A DNA stretch of 64,000 nucleotides from Allofranklinella schreckenbergeri (GCF_003703475.1 NZ_RDQM01000001.1:147044-211043); one strand, 5' to 3'; counted from the first letter of the stretch, positions 1 to 14,848 are shown. Numbers and translations: made by a program. The notes: a model not told the origin generated them from the sequence alone.

Positions 1-339
1 GATTTCCTGAACTTCCTCTCCAAAACCGAAGTGCAAGCGGCCAGCCACCAGCGCACCGGCTACCTGCCCGTGACTACCGCCGCGTTTGAGCTGACCGAGC
101 AATCGGGCTTCTACAAGGAAAAACCCGGCACCGACGTGGCCGTGACGCAGATGATCCGCAAGACCACCGACAAATCGCGCGGCATCCGCCTGGGCAACTT
201 CGTGCAAATCCGCACCATCGCCGACGAGGAAACCGAGCAAATCTGGGCCGGCAAGAAATCGCCCAAAGACGCGCTGGACGCCATCGTCAAACGCGGCAAC
301 GAGGAGCTGGAGCGCTTCGAGAAAGCCAACAACCGCTAA
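1..339 (+). CDS. C-terminal fragment of an ABC transporter periplasmic solute-binding protein (family 1, UgpB-like); 5' end lies outside the window
   Basis: The ORF is open from base 1. Its C-terminal sequence (..IWAGKKSPKDALDAIVKRGNEELERF) is typical of family-1 extracellular solute-binding proteins. A rho-independent terminator follows. Confidence 0.55.
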   Translation, partial: DFLNFLSKTEVQAASHQRTGYLPVTTAAFELTEQSGFYKEKPGTDVAVTQMIRKTTDKSRGIRLGNFVQIRTIADEETEQIWAGKKSPKDALDAIVKRGNEELERFEKANNR

Positions 340-383
340 GCCGCCATTGCATCACTTGCCATGCCTGCTGGGCATGGCAATCC

Positions 384-418
384 ACGCGCCAGGGACTGCC
401 CCTCGGCGCGTTTTTTTG
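384..418 (+). terminator. Rho-independent terminator (GCGCC..GGCGC stem followed by a T7 run)
   Basis: GC-rich inverted repeat followed by TTTTTTT, directly downstream of the stop codon at 339. Confidence 0.6.
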
Positions 419-446
419 TGCCATTTCACAGCCAATCTTTGCCCCA

Positions 447-461
447 AATTGGTATGACCAA
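447..461 (+). promoter_or_regulatory. Candidate LldR (FadR-subfamily GntR) operator O1: AATTGGTATGACCAA
   Basis: TTGGT-N3-ACCAA inverted repeat. An identical copy lies about 116 bp downstream. The spacing and motif resemble the E. coli lldP O1/O2 arrangement. Confidence 0.55.
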
Positions 462-562
462 AATGCGATTCGATTCAGACCGATAGGCATTTTCAAGGGT
501 TTCCCCCAATTCGCTTCGGCCGATCGATCTCCAGAATCACGCCGCGTTTTCGCGCAAGGCAA

Positions 563-578
563 AATTGGTATGACCAAT
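563..578 (+). promoter_or_regulatory. Candidate LldR operator O2: AATTGGTATGACCAAT
   Basis: Second copy of the same 15-bp inverted-repeat site, about 105 bp upstream of the lldP start. Confidence 0.55.
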
Positions 579-681
579 AGTGGGCTCCACCAATTCCCAC
601 CCAGCCCGATGCGCAGGCCGCAACCCAGCCAGTGGCGCGCGCACTGCCGCCGCTGCGGCTGGTTGTTCATTTTTTTATGAC

Positions 682-2382
682 ATGGAGCTTCGGGCTATGG
701 ATCCCACCATCTGGCAACAAAACTACGACCCGGCGGGCAACGTCTGGGTCTCGGCGCTGGTTGCGCTCATCCCCATCATCTTTTTCTTCCTGGCGCTGAC
801 CAAGCTGCGCCTCAAAGGCTATGTGGCCGGCACCATCACGGTGCTGCTGGCGCTGGCTGTGGCGCTGCTGTTTTATCGCATGCCAGTTTCGGCGGCGCTG
901 GCCTCGGGCGTGTACGGCTTTTTCTACGGGCTGTGGCCGATTGCCTGGATCATCGTCGCCGCCGTGTTTCTCTACAAAGTCTCGGTCAAGACGGGGCAGT
1001 TCGATGTGATCCGCTCCTCGATCCTGTCCATCACGCCCGATCAGCGGCTGCAATTGATTCTGGTGGGCTTTTGCTTTGGCGCGTTTCTGGAAGGCGCGGC
1101 GGGCTTTGGCGCGCCGGTGGCCATCACGGCGGCGCTGCTGGTGGGCCTGGGCTTCAAGCCGCTGTATGCCGCGGGCCTGTGCCTGATTGGCAATACCGCG
1201 CCGGTGGCCTTTGGCGCCATGGGCATTCCCATCATCGTGGCCGGGCAGGTCTCGGGCGTGGATGCGATGGCCATCAGCCAGATGGCCGGGCGGCAATTGC
1301 CCTTCATGACCATCATCGTGCTGTTCTGGCTGATGGCCATCATGGACGGCTGGCGCGGCATCAAGGAGACCTGGCCCGCCGTGCTGGTGGGCGGCGGCAG
1401 CTTTGCCATCGTGCAGTTTCTCACCGCCAACTACATCGGGCCGGAGCTGCCGGACATCACCTCGGCCATCGTCTCGCTGGTGGCGCTGACGCTGTTTCTC
1501 AAGGTCTGGCAACCCAAGCGCATCTTCCGCTTCGAAACCGAAGGCGGCGCCCAGGCCGTGGCCGCCCAGCAGGCCCAGGCGCAGAAAGAGGCCGAAGTGC
1601 AGCTGACCCTGGGCAAGGTGCTCAAGGCCTGGTCGCCCTTCATCATCCTCACGGCGATGGTGACGATCTGGAGCCTCAAGCCCTTCAAGGATTTGTTCGC
1701 CAAGGGCGGCGCGCTGGCCGATTGGGTGATTGCCATCCCCGTGCCCATGCTGCACAACCTGGTGGAAAAAATGCCGCCCGTGGTCGCCAGCGCCTCGCCC
1801 TATGGCGCGGTGTATTCCTTTAACTGGTTCTCCGCCACCGGCACGGCCATCATGATTGGAGCGCTGCTGACCATCCTGTATTTGCGCATGCGCCCGGCCC
1901 AGGCCGCCTGCACGCTGGCGGAAACCTTCAAGGAATTGGCCCTGCCCATCTACTCCATCGGCATGGTGCTGGCCTTTGCCTTCATCGCCAATTACTCGGG
2001 CCTGTCGGCCACGTTGGCGCTGGCCTTGGCGCACACGGGCGATGCGTTCACCTTCTTCTCGCCCTTTTTGGGCTGGATTGGCGTGTTCCTCACCGGCTCG
2101 GATACTTCGGCAAACGCCCTGTTTGGCGCGCTGCAAGCCACCACGGCCCAGCAGTTGGGCCTGCCCGAGGTGCTGACGGTGGCGGCCAACACCACCGGCG
2201 GCGTGACGGGCAAGATGATCTCGCCCCAATCGATTGCCATTGCCTGCGCGGCCGTGGGGCTGGCCGGGCGCGAATCCGATCTGTTCCGCTTCACCGTCAA
2301 GCACAGCCTGATCTTTGCGGTCATCATCGGCGCCATGACCACGCTGCAAGCCTATGTGCTGCCGTGGATGATTCCGCACTGA
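682..2382 (+). CDS. lldP: L-lactate permease (LctP family)
   Basis: Near full-length similarity to E. coli LldP (QQNYDPAGN.., [44 protein letters not shown]). Likely start at ATG 682 (MELRAMDP) or 697. Confidence 0.9.
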   Translation: MELRAMDPTIWQQNYDPAGNVWVSALVALIPIIFFFLALTKLRLKGYVAGTITVLLALAVALLFYRMPVSAALASGVYGFFYGLWPIAWIIVAAVFLYKVSVKTGQFDVIRSSILSITPDQRLQLILVGFCFGAFLEGAAGFGAPVAITAALLVGLGFKPLYAAGLCLIGNTAPVAFGAMGIPIIVAGQVSGVDAMAISQMAGRQLPFMTIIVLFWLMAIMDGWRGIKETWPAVLVGGGSFAIVQFLTANYIGPELPDITSAIVSLVALTLFLKVWQPKRIFRFETEGGAQAVAAQQAQAQKEAEVQLTLGKVLKAWSPFIILTAMVTIWSLKPFKDLFAKGGALADWVIAIPVPMLHNLVEKMPPVVASASPYGAVYSFNWFSATGTAIMIGALLTILYLRMRPAQAACTLAETFKELALPIYSIGMVLAFAFIANYSGLSATLALALAHTGDAFTFFSPFLGWIGVFLTGSDTSANALFGALQATTAQQLGLPEVLTVAANTTGGVTGKMISPQSIAIACAAVGLAGRESDLFRFTVKHSLIFAVIIGAMTTLQAYVLPWMIPH

Positions 2383-2463
2383 AATCCGCCGTCGCCCCCA
2401 TGCGGTTCGGCGGCAGGCCCCGCGCCTTCGCCGCACCGCCCGTCTGAAAGAAAGATTCGCCCC

Positions 2464-3198
2464 ATGCGCTTAGCCGAACAAGTCGCCCAGCGGCTGCAAG
2501 AATGGATCGGGCAAGGCCAATGGCAGCCCGGCCAGCGCCTGCCCGCCGAGCGCGCGCTGGCGCAGCAATTGGGCGTTTCGCGCCCTTCACTGCGCGAGGC
2601 CATCGGGCTGCTGGCCAGCCAGGGCATTCTCAGCACCCGCCGGGGTGACGGCACTTATGTGCAAGCGCCCAGCAACGCCTTTTTGCTGCCCGGCCAGATC
2701 GAACCCAAAGCGCCCATCCTCAGCGATCCGGAATACTCCTTCGATGTGCTGGAGGCGCGCGCCGCGCTGGAGAGCAGCACCGCCTGGCTGGCCGCCCAGC
2801 GCGCCACCACGGTGGACAAGGAGCGCATCCGCCGCTGTTTCGACGCGATGGTGCGCCACCAGCAAAGCGGCCAAAGCCAGCTCTCGGCGCAAGCCGATGT
2901 GCAGTTTCACCTGGCCATTGCCGAGGCTTCGCACAACGTGGTGCTGCTGCGCGTCATGCACAGCCTGTTCGAGCTGCTCTCCAGCACCGTGCTGCAAAGT
3001 CGCCGCGCCATTTTTGCCATGAGCGAAGCGCAAACCGCCGAGGCCCTCACCCAGCAGCACTACGCGCTGATGCAGGCCATCATCGAGGGCGATGCCGACG
3101 GCGCGCGCCAAGCCATCGAGCAGCACCTGGGCTATGTGCGCGACAGCGTGCACCAGTTGCACGGCAAGACCCGCACCTTGCAGCCCCAACCCGCGTGA
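2464..3198 (+). CDS. lldR: GntR/FadR-family transcriptional regulator of the lactate operon
   Basis: N-terminal GntR wHTH ([24 protein letters not shown]) plus a FadR-type C-terminal domain. Sits between lldP and lldD, as in E. coli lldPRD. Confidence 0.85.
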   Translation: MRLAEQVAQRLQEWIGQGQWQPGQRLPAERALAQQLGVSRPSLREAIGLLASQGILSTRRGDGTYVQAPSNAFLLPGQIEPKAPILSDPEYSFDVLEARAALESSTAWLAAQRATTVDKERIRRCFDAMVRHQQSGQSQLSAQADVQFHLAIAEASHNVVLLRVMHSLFELLSSTVLQSRRAIFAMSEAQTAEALTQQHYALMQAIIEGDADGARQAIEQHLGYVRDSVHQLHGKTRTLQPQPA

Positions 3199-3299
3199 GG
3201 CCCCGCAGACGCTTCCAGACGCCCCCCTCATACGGCCCCTATTGCTCAGCCCCTATTGACTTTCCCTTCACCCCCTTTAACCCAGAAAGCGAGCGAGCC

Positions 3300-4475
3300 A
3301 TGATCATCTCCTCCGCCAGCGACTACCGCGCCGCTGCCCAGCGCCGCCTGCCGCCCTTTTTGTTCCACTACATCGACGGCGGCGCCTACGCCGAGAAAAC
3401 CCTGCGCCGCAACGTCGAAGACCTGGCCGACATCGCCTTGCGCCAGCGCGTGCTCAAGGACATGAGCGAGCTGGACACCCGCATCGAGCTGTTCGGCGAG
3501 CAGCTCGCCCTGCCCGTGGCCCTCTCGCCCGTGGGCCTGACGGGCATGTACGCGCGGCGCGGCGAAGTGCAGGCGGCCAAGGCGGCCTACAACAAAGGCG
3601 TGCCCTTTTGCCTCTCCAGCGTCTCCGTCTGCCCCATCGAGGAAGTCACCCCCGCCATCGGGCGGCCCATGTGGTTCCAGCTCTATGTGCTCAAGGATCG
3701 CGGCTTCATGAAAAACGCGCTGGAGCGCGCCAAGGCTGCGGGCTGCTCCACGCTGGTTTTCACCGTGGACATGCCCGTGCCCGGCGCGCGCTACCGCGAC
3801 GCCCACTCCGGCATGAGCGGCCCCAACGCCAAGTGGCGCCGCTACCTGCAAGCCGCGCTGCACCCGCAATGGGCCTGGGACGTGGGCCTGCACGGCAAGC
3901 CGCACGATCTGGGCAACATCTCCAAATACACCGGCCGCGTCATCGGCCTGGAGGACTACATCGGCTACCTGGGCGCGAACTTCGACCCCTCCATCTCCTG
4001 GAAAGACCTGGAATGGATTCGCGACTTCTGGACGGGGCCGATGGTCATCAAAGGCATTCTCGACCCCGAGGACGCCAAGGACGCCGTGCGCTTTGGCGCG
4101 GACGGCATCGTCGTCTCCAACCACGGCGGGCGCCAGCTCGACGGCGTGCTCTCCTCGGCGCGCGCGCTGCCGCCCATTGCCGATGCCGTCAAGGGCCAGA
4201 TCAAAATCCTGGCCGATTCGGGCATCCGCAACGGCCTGGACGTGGTGCGCATGCTGGCGCTGGGCGCGGACTGCACCATGATCGGCCGCGCCTTCGTCTA
4301 TGCCCTGGCCGCGCGCGGCCAGGCTGGCGTGGAAAACCTGCTGGACTTGATGCTCAAGGAAATGCGCGTGGCCATGACGCTGACCAGCGTGAAAAACGTG
4401 GGCGAAATCACCAGCGACCTGCTGGCGCGCGACGTGGACGCACTGGCGTCAGCGCACACCCCGCAAGCCTCATAA
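3300..4475 (+). CDS. lldD: FMN-dependent L-lactate dehydrogenase
   Basis: Strong collinear match to E. coli LldD from [24 protein letters not shown] through the FMN/active-site regions. The start was refined to ATG 3300 inside the longer ORF 3195..4475. Confidence 0.93.
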   Translation: MIISSASDYRAAAQRRLPPFLFHYIDGGAYAEKTLRRNVEDLADIALRQRVLKDMSELDTRIELFGEQLALPVALSPVGLTGMYARRGEVQAAKAAYNKGVPFCLSSVSVCPIEEVTPAIGRPMWFQLYVLKDRGFMKNALERAKAAGCSTLVFTVDMPVPGARYRDAHSGMSGPNAKWRRYLQAALHPQWAWDVGLHGKPHDLGNISKYTGRVIGLEDYIGYLGANFDPSISWKDLEWIRDFWTGPMVIKGILDPEDAKDAVRFGADGIVVSNHGGRQLDGVLSSARALPPIADAVKGQIKILADSGIRNGLDVVRMLALGADCTMIGRAFVYALAARGQAGVENLLDLMLKEMRVAMTLTSVKNVGEITSDLLARDVDALASAHTPQAS

Positions 4476-4480
4476 ATTTA

Positions 4481-4552
4481 CAATTCAAAGTAAATTCAAA
4501 ATAACCACCATCATGCCGAAACAAGGCAGTTTTTTATCCTATTGATTTATAA
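4481..4552. repeat. AT-rich nested-palindromic intergenic repeat, copy A (core CATGCCGAAACAAGGCAG)
   Basis: Left arm ttcaaagtaaa, central hairpin, right arm ttttatcctattgattt. Member of the 16-copy family. Confidence 0.6.
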
Positions 4553-4788
4553 ATAAAACAACCCAAGCCTGCGCAGCACAGCGCGCCAGCCAAGGCGCTA
4601 CACTGCGCACCTTTTGCCGCACTGCCCGCCCCGTGAAGGACAGCCCTTTGCCGGGCGGGCAGCGCTTCATTTGTCCTTGGAGCCTGTCCTCAAAATCCAC
4701 GCGCCGCGCTCATCCCCGGGATTGGGCGCCCTGCCACGGTTTTGGGGACAAGCGCTTTCTGGCCATCGCACCTTGCAGGAGTGCCCTC

Positions 4789-7122
4789 ATGAAATTTCGC
4801 TTCCCCATCGTCATCATTGACGAGGACTACCGCTCCGACAACACCTCCGGCCTGGGCATTCGCGCGCTGGCCGAAGCCATCGAGAAAGAAGGCTTTGAAG
4901 TCGTCGGCGCCACCAGCTACGGCGATTTGCGCCAGTTTGCCCAGCAGCAAAGCCGCGCCAGCGCCTTCGTGCTCTCCATCGACGACGAGGAACTGGCCGA
5001 AAGCGAAGGCGACCAGGAGGCCGAAGTCATCGCCAAGCTGCGCGACTTCATCGGCGAAGTGCGCCGCCGCAACGACGAAGTGCCCATCTACATCCACGGC
5101 GAAACCAAAACCAGCCAGCACCTGCCCAACGACATCCTGCGCGAGCTGCACGGCTTCATCCACATGTTCGAGGACACGCCCGAATTCGTCGCGCGCCACC
5201 TCATCCGCGAGGCCAAAAGCTATCTGGAGAGCATCCAGCCGCCGTTTTTCAAGGCCCTGCTCGATTACGCCGACGACGGCTCCTACTCCTGGCACTGCCC
5301 CGGCCACTCCGGCGGCGTGGCCTTCCTCAAAAGCCCCATCGGCCAGATGTACCACCAGTTCTACGGCGAAAACATGCTGCGCGCCGACGTGTGCAACGCC
5401 GTGGAGGAGCTGGGCCAACTGCTGGACCACAACGGCGCCATTGGCGAGAGCGAGCGCAACGCCGCGCGCATCTTCAATGCCGACCACTGCTTTTTCGTCA
5501 CCAACGGCACCAGCACGTCCAACAAAATCGTCTGGCACCACAACGTGGCGCCGGGCGACGTGGTGGTGGTGGACCGCAACTGCCACAAGTCCATCCTGCA
5601 CAGCATCATCATGACCGGGGCGATTCCCGTCTTTCTCAAGCCCACGCGCAACCACTACGGCATCATCGGCCCCATCCCCAAGGATGAGTTCGAGCCCGCC
5701 ACCATCCGCAAGAAAATCCGCGCCAACCCGCTGCTCCAGGGCGTGGACGCGAAAAAGGTCAAACCCCGCGTGCTGACGCTGACGCAATCGACCTACGACG
5801 GTGTGCTCTACAACACCGAAACCATCAAGCAAATGCTCGACGGCTACGTGGACAACCTGCACTTTGACGAAGCCTGGCTGCCCCACGCCGCCTTCAACCC
5901 CTTCTATGGCACCTACCACGCCATGGGCCGCAAGCGCCCCCGCCCCAAGACCAGCGTGGTCTATTCCACCCAATCCATCCACAAACTGCTGGCAGGCATC
6001 AGCCAGGCCAGCCACGTGCTGGTGCAGGACTCGCAAAAGCAAAAGCTCGACCGGGCCTTGTTCAACGAAGCCTATCTGATGCACACCAGCACCAGCCCGC
6101 AATACAGCATCATCGCCAGTTGCGACGTCGCCGCCGCCATGATGGAGCTGCCCGGCGGCCAGGCGCTGGTGGAAGAAAGCCTGCTGGAGGCGCTGGACTT
6201 TCGCCGCGCCATGCGCAAGGTGGAAGAAGACTTCGGCAAAAACGACTGGTGGTTCAAAGTCTGGGGGCCGGAAAAACTCGCCGAACACGGCGTGGGCCGC
6301 TCGGACGACTGGATCATCCGCGGCAGCGATGACAGCAGCAGCGCCAGCGAAGCCGCGCCCGCCAAGGGCCGCAGCCGCAAAGCCCGCAAGGCTTCGAGCA
6401 ACTGGCACGGCTTTGGCGACCTGGCCGACGGCTTCAACATGCTCGACCCCATCAAGGCCACCATCGTCACGCCCGGGCTGGATCTGGACGGGCACTTTGC
6501 CGACACCGGCATCCCCGCCGCCATCGTCACCAAATTCCTGGCCGAGCACGGCGTGGTGGTGGAGAAAACGGGCCTGTACAGCTTCTTCGTCATGTTCACC
6601 ATCGGCATCACCAAGGGCCGCTGGAACACGCTGCTGACGGCCCTGCAGCAGTTCAAGGACGACTACGACAAAAACCAGCCGCTGTGGCGCATCATGCCCG
6701 AGTTCAGCCACCAGCACCCGCGCTACGAGCGCATGGGCCTGCGCGACTTGTGCCAGCACGTGCACGCGCTCTACGCCAAGTACGACATTGCGCGGCTGAC
6801 CACGGAGATTTACCTCTCCGACCTCACCCCCGCCATGCGCCCGGCCGATGCCTACGCCCACATCGCGCGCCGCCAGACCGAGCGCGTGCCCATTGACGAG
6901 CTGGAAGGGCGCATCACCGTCGGCCTGGTCACCCCCTACCCGCCGGGCATCCCGCTGCTCATCCCCGGCGAAGTGTTCAACCGCAAGATCGTGGACTACC
7001 TCAAGTTCGCGCGCGAGTTCGCCACCCAGTTGCCCGGCTTTGAAACCGACATCCACGGCCTGGTAGTGGAAGTGGCGCCCGACGGCAGCAAGCGCTTTTT
7101 TGCTGACTGCGTGGCGCAGTAA
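4789..7122 (+). CDS. Orn/Lys/Arg decarboxylase, PLP fold-type I (biodegradative lysine/ornithine/arginine decarboxylase family)
   Basis: N-terminal wing domain plus major PLP domain (SIHKLLAGISQASHVLV with the PLP-lysine context) and a C-terminal domain. Start refined to ATG 4789 (MKFRFPIVII). Confidence 0.85.
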   Translation: MKFRFPIVIIDEDYRSDNTSGLGIRALAEAIEKEGFEVVGATSYGDLRQFAQQQSRASAFVLSIDDEELAESEGDQEAEVIAKLRDFIGEVRRRNDEVPIYIHGETKTSQHLPNDILRELHGFIHMFEDTPEFVARHLIREAKSYLESIQPPFFKALLDYADDGSYSWHCPGHSGGVAFLKSPIGQMYHQFYGENMLRADVCNAVEELGQLLDHNGAIGESERNAARIFNADHCFFVTNGTSTSNKIVWHHNVAPGDVVVVDRNCHKSILHSIIMTGAIPVFLKPTRNHYGIIGPIPKDEFEPATIRKKIRANPLLQGVDAKKVKPRVLTLTQSTYDGVLYNTETIKQMLDGYVDNLHFDEAWLPHAAFNPFYGTYHAMGRKRPRPKTSVVYSTQSIHKLLAGISQASHVLVQDSQKQKLDRALFNEAYLMHTSTSPQYSIIASCDVAAAMMELPGGQALVEESLLEALDFRRAMRKVEEDFGKNDWWFKVWGPEKLAEHGVGRSDDWIIRGSDDSSSASEAAPAKGRSRKARKASSNWHGFGDLADGFNMLDPIKATIVTPGLDLDGHFADTGIPAAIVTKFLAEHGVVVEKTGLYSFFVMFTIGITKGRWNTLLTALQQFKDDYDKNQPLWRIMPEFSHQHPRYERMGLRDLCQHVHALYAKYDIARLTTEIYLSDLTPAMRPADAYAHIARRQTERVPIDELEGRITVGLVTPYPPGIPLLIPGEVFNRKIVDYLKFAREFATQLPGFETDIHGLVVEVAPDGSKRFFADCVAQ

Positions 7123-7242
7123 CAGCCTGCCCAAGGTCGTTGGCCCCAAATGCGCCAGACAGCCTGGCGCACCCGGCACTCTCACCCGTCGCGCCCTGCG
7201 CAAAGCCTGCCTCACGCAACGCCGCAGGCAGGCACTTCTATC

Positions 7243-7306
7243 ATTCAAAAGTAAAAAAATCACCGAATTTCGGCATGATATGCATAAAATCATTTTTCTT
7301 TTGATG
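7243..7306. repeat. AT-rich palindromic intergenic repeat, copy B (TTCGGCATG core, opposite orientation)
   Basis: ttcaaaagtaaaaaaatc .. accgaatttcggcatg .. tttttcttttgatg. Confidence 0.55.
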
Positions 7307-7359
7307 TAGAAAATACTCCACCTCAAGCGCCGCCACACCGCCCAAAGTTTCCCCCCGCA

Positions 7360-9354
7360 TTGCCCCTCTCGCCCATGCCCCCTGTGGATTTGCAACCCTT
7401 TGCCCAAAGCCCCGACTTTCCCACCGCCTTGCAGCACCTGGTGCGCTACCTGCGCGCCCACGCCACGCGGGCCGACGAGGCCATGCGCGATTTCATCGAG
7501 GCGCTCAAGGCCGATGAAGCCGCCTGCGCCCATCTGGCCGTGCTCTACCACCAATGGCTGCAAGGCTGCCGCCTCTCCAACGGGCTGATCCGCACCGGCA
7601 TCTACTCGCGCCAGGACTTCATGCGCGAACTCAAGCGCCGCATTTACGACCGCCTCAACCCGCCGCCGCACCAGTTGGAGCTGTTCGAGGACGTGCTGCA
7701 AACCGTGCTGCGCCCCAGCGATCTGGACTGGCTCAACCAAATCACCCCACGCCAGTGGCTGCGGCTGCACGAGCAGCTGGGCCATGACGAACTCGGCCCG
7801 CAAAGCCAGCGCTATGTGCGCGAGCAACTGCTGCGCGGCGCGGAAATGCTGGCGCTGTGGGTGGCAGGCGAAGACCTCAACCCCGATCTGATCCGCCTCA
7901 ACCCGCGCCTGCTGGAGGTCGATTCCGCCTTTCTCAGCCTGCAACGCGAGGTGCAAAACCTCGTCGAAGCCGTGCGCGCGGGCCAGCCCCTGCCCGATAC
8001 CGCGCCGCTGGAAGTCATGCTCGACCAAAGCCGCCAACAAGTGGCCCACCTGCGCCGCCTGGGCAACCAAAGCGGCGCCTCGCTGACCACCGCCCACTTG
8101 CTGGAGCGGCTGGAGCAAAGCCTGGACCGGCTCGAAGGCATCCTCACCATCCTCACCGGCGAGCGCGAAGAAAGCAGCGCCCGCGCCTGGCTGGTGCAAC
8201 TGGGGCAAATGCTCAACAGCGGCCTGGAGCAGCGCAGCATCCGCGCCTTCGTGCGCGCCAGCGCGGGCATGCTCAGCAAAAGCATCAGCTCCAGCAAAAG
8301 CGCGCATGGCGAGCACTACATCACCACCACCGCCAAAGAGTGGTGGCACATGCTGCGCTCAGCCGCCGGCGCGGGCATCGTCATCGCCCTGATGGCGCTG
8401 CTGAAAATCGAGATTGCCCGCTGGCAGCTCGCCCCCCTGTGGAGCACGTTGCTCATCAGCCTGAACTACGGCCTGGGCTTTGTCATCGTCCACCTGCTGG
8501 GCTGCACCATCGCCACCAAACAACCGGCCATGACCGCCGCCAGCATGGCCGAGAGCGTGCAGCAAGGCCAAAACAGCCGCAACCTGCCCAAGCATCTGGC
8601 AGAGCTGCTCATCAGCGTCAACCGCTCGCAAAGCGTGGCCGTGCTAGGCAACATCAGCCTGGCCATGCTCACCGCCGCGGCGCTGGCCTGGCTGTACCAG
8701 CGCCACACCGGCGGCGCTTTGCTCAGCGCTGACGAAGTGGCCTATCAGCTCAAGGCACTGCAACCCATCGCCGCGCTGTGGTATGCCGCCATCGCCGCGC
8801 TGTGGCTGTTTTGCGCCGGCATCATCTCCGGCTACTACGACAACCGCGCCGACTACCTGCGCCTGCGCGAGCGCCTGGCCGCCCACCCGGCGCTGCGCTG
8901 GCTGGGCCAAGCGCGCCAGCAACGCCTGGCCGATTACCTGCACGCGCACTTTGGCGCGCTGCACGGCAACTTCTACTTCGGCGTGCTGCTGGGCGTCACG
9001 CCCTACATCGGCCACCTGCTGCACCTGCCGCTGGACATCCGCCACATCGCCTTCTCCTCGGCCAACCTCAGCTACGCCGCCGGCAGCGCCTCACTGGGCT
9101 GGCAGGCGCTGGCGCTGGGCCTGCTGTATGTGCTGATGATTGGCATGGTCAACCTGTGGCTGAGCTTTTTCCTGGCCCTGCGCGTAGCCCTGCGCGCCCG
9201 CGAAACCAGCCTGCCCACCCCCAGCCGCCTGCTCGCCGCCCTGGCCCGCCAAATCCGCGCCCAGCCCCGGGCGCTGTTTTTGCCCGTGGCCGCCAAACCA
9301 GCCGCGACCAAAGACGCCAAAGAGCCAGTCAGCAAGGAGGCGGAAGAGACTTAG
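7360..9354 (+). CDS. Large conserved protein with C-terminal transmembrane helices; resembles the family annotated as 'site-specific recombinase' (PF10136-like); function unknown
   Basis: 664-aa ORF with good codon usage. Soluble N-terminal about 320 aa, then at least six hydrophobic helices. The family assignment is from memory only. Confidence 0.45.
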   Translation: MPLSPMPPVDLQPFAQSPDFPTALQHLVRYLRAHATRADEAMRDFIEALKADEAACAHLAVLYHQWLQGCRLSNGLIRTGIYSRQDFMRELKRRIYDRLNPPPHQLELFEDVLQTVLRPSDLDWLNQITPRQWLRLHEQLGHDELGPQSQRYVREQLLRGAEMLALWVAGEDLNPDLIRLNPRLLEVDSAFLSLQREVQNLVEAVRAGQPLPDTAPLEVMLDQSRQQVAHLRRLGNQSGASLTTAHLLERLEQSLDRLEGILTILTGEREESSARAWLVQLGQMLNSGLEQRSIRAFVRASAGMLSKSISSSKSAHGEHYITTTAKEWWHMLRSAAGAGIVIALMALLKIEIARWQLAPLWSTLLISLNYGLGFVIVHLLGCTIATKQPAMTAASMAESVQQGQNSRNLPKHLAELLISVNRSQSVAVLGNISLAMLTAAALAWLYQRHTGGALLSADEVAYQLKALQPIAALWYAAIAALWLFCAGIISGYYDNRADYLRLRERLAAHPALRWLGQARQQRLADYLHAHFGALHGNFYFGVLLGVTPYIGHLLHLPLDIRHIAFSSANLSYAAGSASLGWQALALGLLYVLMIGMVNLWLSFFLALRVALRARETSLPTPSRLLAALARQIRAQPRALFLPVAAKPAATKDAKEPVSKEAEET

Positions 9355-9363
9355 GCATGCCAA

Positions 9364-9446
9364 TTTACCATTCAAAAAGCAAAAAAATTACCTTGTTTTG
9401 GCAATTTCAGCATCAAATCAATTTCACTCTGATTTGTAAATTCAAG
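9364..9446. repeat. AT-rich palindromic intergenic repeat, copy C
   Basis: ttcaaaaagcaaaaaaatt .. ccttgttttggcaa .. atcaaatcaatttc. Confidence 0.55.
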
Positions 9447-9585
9447 CACCTGGAAGCGACCCCAACGACGTGAAGGTGCGGCGGTATTGCGGTTATCGGG
9501 AGTGCCGCCGCAGACCAGCCCGTTCTGGCGCTGCACACGAACCAGCTTGGCCAAGCGCAGACGCGCTTGGCCAACACTTTTTTGA

Positions 9586-13590
<4,005 letters not shown>

Positions 13591-13726
13591 CCGCCTTTTC
13601 GTCACCTGTTCGCGCGCCAGACAAAACCAGCCACTGATGCATGGATAGGGACGACGGGCGCTGACGCAACAACAGGCGGGTGGTACATTGCCAGCCCTTT
13701 TTTTGGCTCCCCCCTGCTGCACATCC

Positions 13727-14806
13727 ATGAAACAAGTGATGGAATCCTTCTGGCGCGCGCTACTCGACAGTTTCAGCCCGCGCGTAGTGGCCCTGTCCCT
13801 TTTGCCCCTGGGCGTCATCATCGTCAGCGCCCTGTTGCTGGGCTATTTTTATTGGCACACCGCAGTAGCAGGCGTCGGCGCCTGGATGGAAGCCAGCCGC
13901 GTGTGGCTCTGGATCAATGGCCAGCTCTCCCAACTCGGCCTGCCCCCCACCAGCGATTGGCTGGCGCCGGTTTTGGTGGTGGCCATGGTCACACCTGTGC
14001 TTATCATCACCAGCCTCCTGCTGGTGACCATGTTCATGACCCCGGCCATGGCCAAGGACGTCGCCCGGCGGCGCTTTCCCGAGCTGGAGAGCCGGGGCCG
14101 CCCCTCTTTTCTGCATAGCCTGGCCTGGTCTTGTATCTCCACGGCCTTGGCCGTACTGGCACTGATTGCCAGCTCGCCGCTGTGGCTCATCCCCCCGCTG
14201 GCACTGGTATTGCCGCCGCTGATTTGGGGTTGGTTGGCCTATCGCGTGCTCAGCTTCGATGTGCTGGCCCAGCACGCCAACGCCAGCGAACGCCAGTGGA
14301 TCCTGCAGCAACACCGCTGGCCGCTATTGCTGCTGGGGGTGCTGTGCGGCTTTCTGGGCGCAGCGCCTAGCGTGCTGTGGGCTTCCGGCGTGCTGTTTGC
14401 CGTCGCCTTCCCGGTTCTGGTGCCTGTGGCCGTGTGGCTATTCACTTGGGTCTTTGCCTTGACTTCACTGTGGTATGCCCATTACTGCCTGGAAGCCCTC
14501 GCCCGCCTGCGCGGCGGGCAAGCGGGGGCAGCGCCTGTTTCGCCGCTACCACTGCCTCAGCCGCCTGCCTCTCCCGCAGAATCTGCCAGTCCTGTCGCGG
14601 CCCTGCCCCATAGCGCGGTGAATGGGGCTTCAGTGGCCCCCCAGCCACCATGCACCAACAAGTCAGACCCCTCGGCGTTGCCATCCTGCATGACGAAAGA
14701 TGGCGCACCGTCTGCAACAGACAACACCTCCCCGGCGGCGAACCCATCGTCACCTTCCTCCGATAGCAGCTCCTCCTCGGATTCAGGCTCGTCTTCCAGC
14801 GATTGA
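13727..14806 (+). CDS. Integral membrane protein with a Ser/Pro-rich low-complexity C-terminal tail; function unknown (possibly EI24/CysZ-like)
   Basis: Multiple hydrophobic helices. The C-terminal 90 aa are P/S/A-rich (..SSPSSDSSSSSDSGSSSSD). Start taken at MKQVMESFW. Confidence 0.45.
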   Translation: MKQVMESFWRALLDSFSPRVVALSLLPLGVIIVSALLLGYFYWHTAVAGVGAWMEASRVWLWINGQLSQLGLPPTSDWLAPVLVVAMVTPVLIITSLLLVTMFMTPAMAKDVARRRFPELESRGRPSFLHSLAWSCISTALAVLALIASSPLWLIPPLALVLPPLIWGWLAYRVLSFDVLAQHANASERQWILQQHRWPLLLLGVLCGFLGAAPSVLWASGVLFAVAFPVLVPVAVWLFTWVFALTSLWYAHYCLEALARLRGGQAGAAPVSPLPLPQPPASPAESASPVAALPHSAVNGASVAPQPPCTNKSDPSALPSCMTKDGAPSATDNTSPAANPSSPSSDSSSSSDSGSSSSD

Positions 14807-14848
14807 GGGCCGCCGCAGGGGGGGTGGCCCTAGATAGAATCCGCCCCC

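Noticed and set aside
4511-4529. The CATGCCGAAA core as a Neisseriaceae-type DNA uptake sequence (DUS; ATGCCGTCTGAA)
   Set aside because: Similarity is only the first 6 nt, and the motif occurs only inside the intergenic repeat family, not dispersed through coding regions as DUS are.
4690-8349. 1219-aa minus-strand ORF, plus many other long antisense ORFs: 14870-17362, 30951-33614, 35273-36871, 40541-42106, 42317-43828, 47549-49531, 58274-60730 (plus), 62520-63908
   Set aside because: Each lies exactly antisense to a well-supported conserved gene (decarboxylase, argS, SPFH region, rtcB, ppx, phoR, dynamin, parC, purU). Their translations are low-complexity Gly/Ala/Arg/His-rich strings typical of stop-codon-poor high-GC antisense frames, with no domain signatures.
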